Shown here piece by piece: positions 55,335-61,325 of a stretch of DNA of 64,000 nucleotides. The notes beneath the pieces were generated by a model. The model was not told the origin of the DNA, ran no database searches, and saw only the letters and a list, made by a program, of their open reading frames with translations. The stretch is taken from the NCBI GenBank assembly GCA_049323655.1, contig JBMONO010000022.1:14993-78992 (forward strand), in the 5' to 3' direction. Numbering within the stretch: position 1 is the first letter of the stretch; the number at the start of each line of letters is the position of its first letter. Both the position numbers and the translations under genes were made by a program. The DNA comes from Thermodesulfobacteriota bacterium. Its GTDB lineage: Bacteria; Desulfobacterota; Desulfobulbia; Desulfobulbales; SURF-16.

Positions 55335-57428
55335 ATGCCAAAAGATCTCGTGAACAACCCATTATATCGCTTCATCGAACTGGCCAGAGTGTTTCTTGAA
55401 GGAAGGGGGCTTCCCTTTCTGGGCGCTGGAGTCAGCATGAACGCCAGAGTAGTGGACGATGCGTCGCTCACGCCCACTGTTTCGTCCATGATAGAACTCC
55501 TGGTTGATGCTGTTTTTGATCGGCTCACCACTTGGGATCTTTGCGAAATTTCATACCAGCTAGGATCGTGTCCTTTTTTTTCCTGCACGTGCCCCTCCAG
55601 ACTTTGCAATTCGCCAGAATGCAAAGTGAATCCAGAATGTAAAGTGAATAAGGAAAAAATATCAAAAGAGACCTTTATTAACGGCATCAATGGCCAGCTT
55701 GGCAAACTGTGCGAAATCTTGATTCAGCGAGAATTGCTGAATCAGGCGGAAATTGTCTCAGTGCTTAGAATAAGGGACTATGCCGAACTGGCGCCTTGCC
55801 CGGCTCATTATTATCTTGCCTTCTTGGCTCAGGAAACCCTGGTCAATGAAATCATCACCACCAATTATGACTGCTGCCTGGAAAAAGCGATTTCGGCTGT
55901 GGCGGGCAAAGACTATCCGGCCGACAAACCAGATGAAAAGCAGGCGGTCAGCATCTTTAATCTGGATTCATATCGAGAATATGGAGCGCGCCGTCTCTTC
56001 CCCTATAATATTGCCACGGTACTGCGTATTTACAAAATCAACGGCTGCGCCGGCCAATTAAACAACAACCAAAGGCATGCCGACTCCATTCTTCTCACGG
56101 AACGCCAACTCCAGCACATGGATGACCGATCCTGGGCACGCGATCTGCTTTGCGACAGGGCCAGGTCACGTGCCATAGTTTTTTCCGGCTTCGGCTCGGA
56201 TGAGCCGCAGGTGCGCTTCACCGTTTTGCGCCTATTGGAGGAATTTTCACCGGATTCTCCGGGTAACAATCCGCAAAATGGGATTTGGTTGCATTTATAC
56301 TCTGAACAACGAAGCTTTTCCCAGGACCAAGTCATGCACAGCTTCTGGGGGAAAAGAGAAAGGATAGAGGCACATACTTTTTCCGGTAATGATGCATACA
56401 GAATAGACAAACTATTCAGTGAACAAGCCGGGGTTGGAAAAAATATATTCCCTGCCGATAGTTTCTGGCAGATAATTTATCAACTCGTTTTCCTTGCGTT
56501 GATCGACAGATATACCAGTCCGCCGTATCCTGGTTGGCGCTGGCTGACCGAGCTGGATGAGCAGGCAAGAGGTTTTTCAAGGAGGCACGAACTCTTGCGA
56601 TGGCTTGATCCGGCAGAGATCGGAAAATCCATACAAAGGAACCAAACAGATATTGATCTGAAGACTGATTCCCCTCCACTTCAGGTTGTTGGCTGGTTGA
56701 CCGGATTTACTGAAGTTATTCCGGGCACGCCGCCGGGAACGAAAATATCGGGTATCCCGCTTTCACTCTGGATTCGTTGTATTTTCGGCAAACCGAATCC
56801 GACAGCAGGGGTTGACTGGTACAATCCGCCGGAATGCTTTTATATCCCATTACTGCAACAAACCAATCTGGTCATCTCCCTCTTAATGTTGATTTGCTGC
56901 TTTAAGTACACGAAAAGAGAGCAGCCTCCCTTGCAAGTCAAATTTTATCCGACTGGAATGGCGGGGAAAAAACAGCCTCAATCGCCCCTTCTCTTTTTGG
57001 TCTTCCGTGGTCTTGAAATTCTATTGTGTTCTCAATTCACGCATACCTTCGCCGAACGAGGGGCACACTTTATAGCAAGTCGAACAATTCTTGCAGGTTG
57101 TTTCAATCACACTTCCTTTTTTGGTCCGGGTTTGCCAAGACAAAAATTACTGAGCCGCAATACCCTCCCCACTATCCCTAATGGGGTTGGGGAAATAAAG
57201 GTTCTCCGTTTCCTGCCCGCCCCGGTGCAGACGCTTATCCGTCTGGCATCAGCCGATGACTGCTCCGACGAAGAGCAGGATACGACCTGCCTCCAATCTT
57301 CTCAAACAATATCAGGGATGTCTTTTTTCGCCCGGGTCGTTGTTGACTTGGCAAACCGACCAACCAGGCCCCAAAGGCAGGCGAGGATAACGCGAATAGA
57401 TAATAAACAGGATAGAAATGATGAATGA
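55335..57428 (+). CDS. SIR2-like (SIR2_2 / defence-type) domain protein with a ~300-aa unassigned C-terminal region
   Basis: Rossmann motif PFLGAGVS, IITTNYD, and VFSGFGSDEP in the order typical of defence SIR2 domains. Cys-rich insert CPFFSCTCPSRLCNSPECKVNPEC. An alternative TTG start lies at 55326. Confidence 0.7.
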   Translation: MPKDLVNNPLYRFIELARVFLEGRGLPFLGAGVSMNARVVDDASLTPTVSSMIELLVDAVFDRLTTWDLCEISYQLGSCPFFSCTCPSRLCNSPECKVNPECKVNKEKISKETFINGINGQLGKLCEILIQRELLNQAEIVSVLRIRDYAELAPCPAHYYLAFLAQETLVNEIITTNYDCCLEKAISAVAGKDYPADKPDEKQAVSIFNLDSYREYGARRLFPYNIATVLRIYKINGCAGQLNNNQRHADSILLTERQLQHMDDRSWARDLLCDRARSRAIVFSGFGSDEPQVRFTVLRLLEEFSPDSPGNNPQNGIWLHLYSEQRSFSQDQVMHSFWGKRERIEAHTFSGNDAYRIDKLFSEQAGVGKNIFPADSFWQIIYQLVFLALIDRYTSPPYPGWRWLTELDEQARGFSRRHELLRWLDPAEIGKSIQRNQTDIDLKTDSPPLQVVGWLTGFTEVIPGTPPGTKISGIPLSLWIRCIFGKPNPTAGVDWYNPPECFYIPLLQQTNLVISLLMLICCFKYTKREQPPLQVKFYPTGMAGKKQPQSPLLFLVFRGLEILLCSQFTHTFAERGAHFIASRTILAGCFNHTSFFGPGLPRQKLLSRNTLPTIPNGVGEIKVLRFLPAPVQTLIRLASADDCSDEEQDTTCLQSSQTISGMSFFARVVVDLANRPTRPQRQARITRIDNKQDRNDE

Positions 57429-60135
57429 CGATGACCTCATACACTCTTTCGCCACCAACCTGCAAAAAGACGGCTGGCGTATAACTTGGGCAAAAATAAG
57501 CACGGTCGGAATTGGCCTTGAACTTGAAGCGCCAGGTGCAAGCTGGCCTGATTCTACCCCTGACAGCCTGCAACAGTTTGTCACCATTATCCGTGAAATC
57601 GCCATCCAATCCGACTTCCTGATGCCGATCCTTATCGGGTTTCCGAACATGTCGAAAGAAGCAACAAAAACCATAGCCCGCTGGCAGCGGCTTCAGGATT
57701 GGCATCAGGGAAACTTTTTTCTGGTACCATGCCGCGGTAAAAACGAAAACAAACCGGCCTTCGGACTTAAACCACTCCTGCATCCCCAGAAACCGGATCT
57801 GGCCGGGTATACGCCAAAAGCCTATACCATCGAACGTTTCATTAAGGAGTTGCAAGAGGAGCAAGATATACCGCAACATCTGGTAACGTCATTACTGTCT
57901 CACTTATACCAAGGGTTTAAATCTGCGAAACGTCTCACGGGAAGAAAAGGCTGGATATCATGGTGGGATGATTTTTTTCAGCAAAACCGGTCCGGAACAG
58001 GCCAAAAGAGCGATGAAAAGACAACCACTTCACAGAAAACCGAACTGCCTGAAGAAACCGAAAAGAGCTTCAATGATTTTGGCAGGGCAAAATCCATTTG
58101 TATTAAAAACTTCAAGGGGATAGGCAATTCAGGGCGCCTGGATCTCGATGCGGATATTGTTCTGGTTTCCGGGGCAAACGGCAACGGCAAATCAAGTTTC
58201 GTTGAGGCGCTTACCATTGCCCTCACCGGTTATCATCCCCACTTGGAAAATGATGTCCCTCAACCCCATCTTTTTCATTACAACAGCGACCATTTTTCCA
58301 TAGAACTAAAAGGCGATCAAAAAAATCTCCTTCGAGTCACGGGTCAAAATACCAATACCAACAAAGAGATAAACTTTTCCAACCGGCTGAGGATTAAAAA
58401 AAGGCACATTGAACAGGTTGAGCAATTTGCTGACGAAACCGATCCGTTACTGCTCTACCGGATGACCACATTCCTGCCGGATCACGTGGATATCCTCTTT
58501 GATGAAAAGGTTATCGGCGAGAAACCAAAACCCCACGACGACGATCCGATTTATGAGGACAGTCCGCCAAAGGCCCGTGCACTAACAGAGGTCTTTGTCC
58601 CGCTTCCCCTGCCGATCGATGCCCTGAGAAAGTCCCTTACCAAGGCAATTAAAGATATCGATGAGGAGATCGCGAAGCTCGGAAGGGAGACATCTTCCCT
58701 GCAAGAGCGGGCGACCAACATTGGCTCATTTCTGGGAAGCTTGATAAACGAACTGGAACAACGGGTCAACATGCTGCTTTCCCCCCTGGCAAGATCGCCA
58801 GTCCACTTTGCCCAGCCCCCGCAAGATTCCTCGCCGCAGTATCCTGATATCCTGAATATGTTTCTGGCAGAGCAACAGCAATTCTTGGGAAACTCACTCG
58901 GCCTCGATATTATGACATGGCCTGACACTATCAAGAATCTTCCCCGGCGACTTGAAGATTTGCTCAAAGATAAATTTCAGGACATTGATTACCAGAAACT
59001 TGAGCAGGAAAAAAAGGAGCTATCGAACAAGCTGCAGATCATTCAGGAAAAACTGGCGGAAAAACGCGAGGTAATCGAACCTGAACTCACCAGGCTGTTG
59101 GAAATCCTGCGCAGCCTTGGAAACCCTGAATTTCTTGCCATGTGCGAAAAGACACTTCGCCGGCGGGCCGGTCTCCGGCTCAATGATATCGCCACTGAAG
59201 TGGAGCTGGTAGACTCTGATAAGGCAAAACGATTCTGCCAGGTGCTCGATGAACTGATCGCCGACGAAACGTCCGTGCTTCGGGACAAGGAAAGGGAAGT
59301 CCACGAGAAGCTCAATGAAATTGAAAGCCGACTGGAACATGCGAGGCAACATAGTGAACAGCATGATAATCTCCAGCAACTGAAAAATTTTCTCGAAAAC
59401 GAAAACTCCAAAGACAACCTGGAGCTGACTGATAAATTTGTGAAGGAGTACAAAGAAAAGGCAGAGCGTGAAGAACGGCTTCGCCAGTTGAGAGAAACCC
59501 GGAATGAACGCTATCCGCTTCTTGCATTCTTGGATAAACTGGGAAGTCCTCCTGAAGATTTTCGCAAAATTTTTGAAGAGGTTTTCAACAATGTGCTCAA
59601 TCGATTCGCCCTGGCCGAGGGATTAAACCAGGCATCCATCCAAACCAATGAAAATGGAGGGTTGAAGATCGAGTCTGACGATAAAAGAGACCTGCCCTGC
59701 TTCTCCCTGGGACAGCGCTCCCAGATGGCAACGGCCTGGATGGTGACATCCAGGGAGTTGGCACGCAATTGCGAGGACATCCTGTTTCCGCACAAGATCC
59801 TCATTCTCGATGACTTATCCGCCACCTTTGACATGACCAACCTTCTGAGTCAGGCCATACTCTGGCGGCAACTTGCCTACCATCCTGACCCGCAGGAGCG
59901 ATACCAGGTGTTTATCGTTTCCCATCATGAGGAATTCACCGATCGACTGCTGGATCTGCTTTGCCCACCCGGAGAAGGCTGTTCCATGCGACTGTTGCGC
60001 TTTACCGATTGGGCGCCCAAACCAGGTCAAGGTCCCATAATCGAGTCGTACAAGGTGGAACCGTCGCCCAGCAACATGGAGCAGGCTGTCAAGGCTCTTG
60101 AAAACGGCTTCAACTGTCTGAAGGAGGTCTTATGA
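57418..60135 (+). CDS. SMC/Rad50/RecF-like ABC ATPase with long coiled coil and a ~225-aa N-terminal extension
   Basis: Walker A SGANGNGKSS (58171-58197). About 400 aa of heptad-rich E/K/L/Q sequence. Signature-like FSLGQRSQ, Walker B ILILDDLSATFD, and H-loop FIVSHHEEF. Confidence 0.75.
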   Translation: MMNDDDLIHSFATNLQKDGWRITWAKISTVGIGLELEAPGASWPDSTPDSLQQFVTIIREIAIQSDFLMPILIGFPNMSKEATKTIARWQRLQDWHQGNFFLVPCRGKNENKPAFGLKPLLHPQKPDLAGYTPKAYTIERFIKELQEEQDIPQHLVTSLLSHLYQGFKSAKRLTGRKGWISWWDDFFQQNRSGTGQKSDEKTTTSQKTELPEETEKSFNDFGRAKSICIKNFKGIGNSGRLDLDADIVLVSGANGNGKSSFVEALTIALTGYHPHLENDVPQPHLFHYNSDHFSIELKGDQKNLLRVTGQNTNTNKEINFSNRLRIKKRHIEQVEQFADETDPLLLYRMTTFLPDHVDILFDEKVIGEKPKPHDDDPIYEDSPPKARALTEVFVPLPLPIDALRKSLTKAIKDIDEEIAKLGRETSSLQERATNIGSFLGSLINELEQRVNMLLSPLARSPVHFAQPPQDSSPQYPDILNMFLAEQQQFLGNSLGLDIMTWPDTIKNLPRRLEDLLKDKFQDIDYQKLEQEKKELSNKLQIIQEKLAEKREVIEPELTRLLEILRSLGNPEFLAMCEKTLRRRAGLRLNDIATEVELVDSDKAKRFCQVLDELIADETSVLRDKEREVHEKLNEIESRLEHARQHSEQHDNLQQLKNFLENENSKDNLELTDKFVKEYKEKAEREERLRQLRETRNERYPLLAFLDKLGSPPEDFRKIFEEVFNNVLNRFALAEGLNQASIQTNENGGLKIESDDKRDLPCFSLGQRSQMATAWMVTSRELARNCEDILFPHKILILDDLSATFDMTNLLSQAILWRQLAYHPDPQERYQVFIVSHHEEFTDRLLDLLCPPGEGCSMRLLRFTDWAPKPGQGPIIESYKVEPSPSNMEQAVKALENGFNCLKEVL

Positions 60136-61325
60136 GTACACCACTGACCATTGAAATCGATCTTGCATTCACCACACCGGCCTTCCTGGGAGACGCCGAT
60201 CAGAAGGCCGCGCTGCGACCGCAATCATTCAAAGGGCTGCTTCGTTTCTGGTATAGGGCCTTGGACGGTTCTTTGGCTGAAAAAAAACAAAGGCGGGAGG
60301 ATGAGTTGTGGGGCGGAGCTGGTGATGATTTTGGTCAGTCCCCGATTCTTTTGCGACTGATTACCAGAAAACCGCCTCAAATCTACCAATGGCGCAGAGA
60401 ATCATTCACTCGCTTCACCGAGCGGGCCGGGAAGTATGATCGAAACGGCCTTCTCTATCTCGGCTTTCCTTTCACTCTGCGCGGAAATGAGCAAAGAAAC
60501 GGGCTGAGCCCCGGAACCTCTTGCACTTTTCGGGTCGTGATCCCCCGGCATAACCTCTTGGGGGAATGGCAACGAAAGGCGGTTGTTGCTACGCTATGGC
60601 TCTTCGCGGTACTGGGCTCATGCGGAAGCAGGAGTCGTCGAGGGTTCGGGAGCATGCAGGCCATGAACTGGCGCATACGCCATGGCAGCGAATCATGGCA
60701 AGATGTCTTCAACGCCTTGCCGAATCCGGGCACAATGAGCACTCCTTCAGCCTGGGATAACGGGATCAACACCGCGTTTGCGCTCTTTTATGGTGAGGGT
60801 GCGGAAGCTTGGTTTCCACGCTTTGACAATGCCGCCCATCCGCACCTCACCCATGATTTTTCGCCGATTATACTTAAGGGATTTCCGACCTGGGAGGAGG
60901 CCATGAACCATGGAGGCAGGAAGCTCCAGAATTTCCGGCAATGCCTGGAACCGGACAAATCCGCGGTGATCAAGCTGCTCGAAAATCCGCACCATGGCAC
61001 CTTCGCTCCGGGCAGGACCACCTTCGGGCTGCCGCTTAAATTTCAGTTCAGATCAAGAAAGGAACTGGGAAGCGTCACCTTTTATCCCCAGCGGCTCCAC
61101 CCCCTGGCTAAATCATCCGATCGCTTCGCCAGCCTGCTCTTTCTGAAGATCATACGGCTGGGAATGTCTTATCATCCGGTTTTTTTCCGTCTCCAGGGGG
61201 CACTCCCCGGGTTCAGGGCACCGCTGGGATGTGTGCTCACAAACAAAAAAATGGCTCTGAATCTGGACGACCCGCAAGAGAATATTCTTGACCATTTTCT
61301 TCAATCATTGGGAGGCGCGAAGTGA
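60132..61325 (+). CDS. cmr1: type III-B RAMP protein Cmr1
   Basis: N-terminal TPAFLGDAD...LRPQSFKGLLRFWYRAL, DELWGGAG and TTFGLPLKF (G-rich loop). Immediately precedes cas10/cmr2. ATGA overlap with the upstream ATPase gene, and AAGGAGG 5 nt upstream. Confidence 0.75.
   Translation: MSTPLTIEIDLAFTTPAFLGDADQKAALRPQSFKGLLRFWYRALDGSLAEKKQRREDELWGGAGDDFGQSPILLRLITRKPPQIYQWRRESFTRFTERAGKYDRNGLLYLGFPFTLRGNEQRNGLSPGTSCTFRVVIPRHNLLGEWQRKAVVATLWLFAVLGSCGSRSRRGFGSMQAMNWRIRHGSESWQDVFNALPNPGTMSTPSAWDNGINTAFALFYGEGAEAWFPRFDNAAHPHLTHDFSPIILKGFPTWEEAMNHGGRKLQNFRQCLEPDKSAVIKLLENPHHGTFAPGRTTFGLPLKFQFRSRKELGSVTFYPQRLHPLAKSSDRFASLLFLKIIRLGMSYHPVFFRLQGALPGFRAPLGCVLTNKKMALNLDDPQENILDHFLQSLGGAK

Noticed and set aside
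55335-57428. SIR2-like protein as a housekeeping sirtuin (CobB-type protein deacetylase).
   Set aside because: At 700 aa it is far larger than CobB. Its motif set is the GAGxS / TTNYD / GxGxxD pattern of defence-type SIR2_2 domains, not the sirtuin GAGIS...PDFR...HG...CxxC core, and its context is a cas operon.
57418-60135. ATPase as housekeeping RecN/RecF/SbcC.
   Set aside because: It has no SbcD partner and no recF/gyrB or recN-type context. It carries a 225-aa N-terminal extension, has low GC relative to the genome, and overlaps cmr1 and the SIR2 gene.
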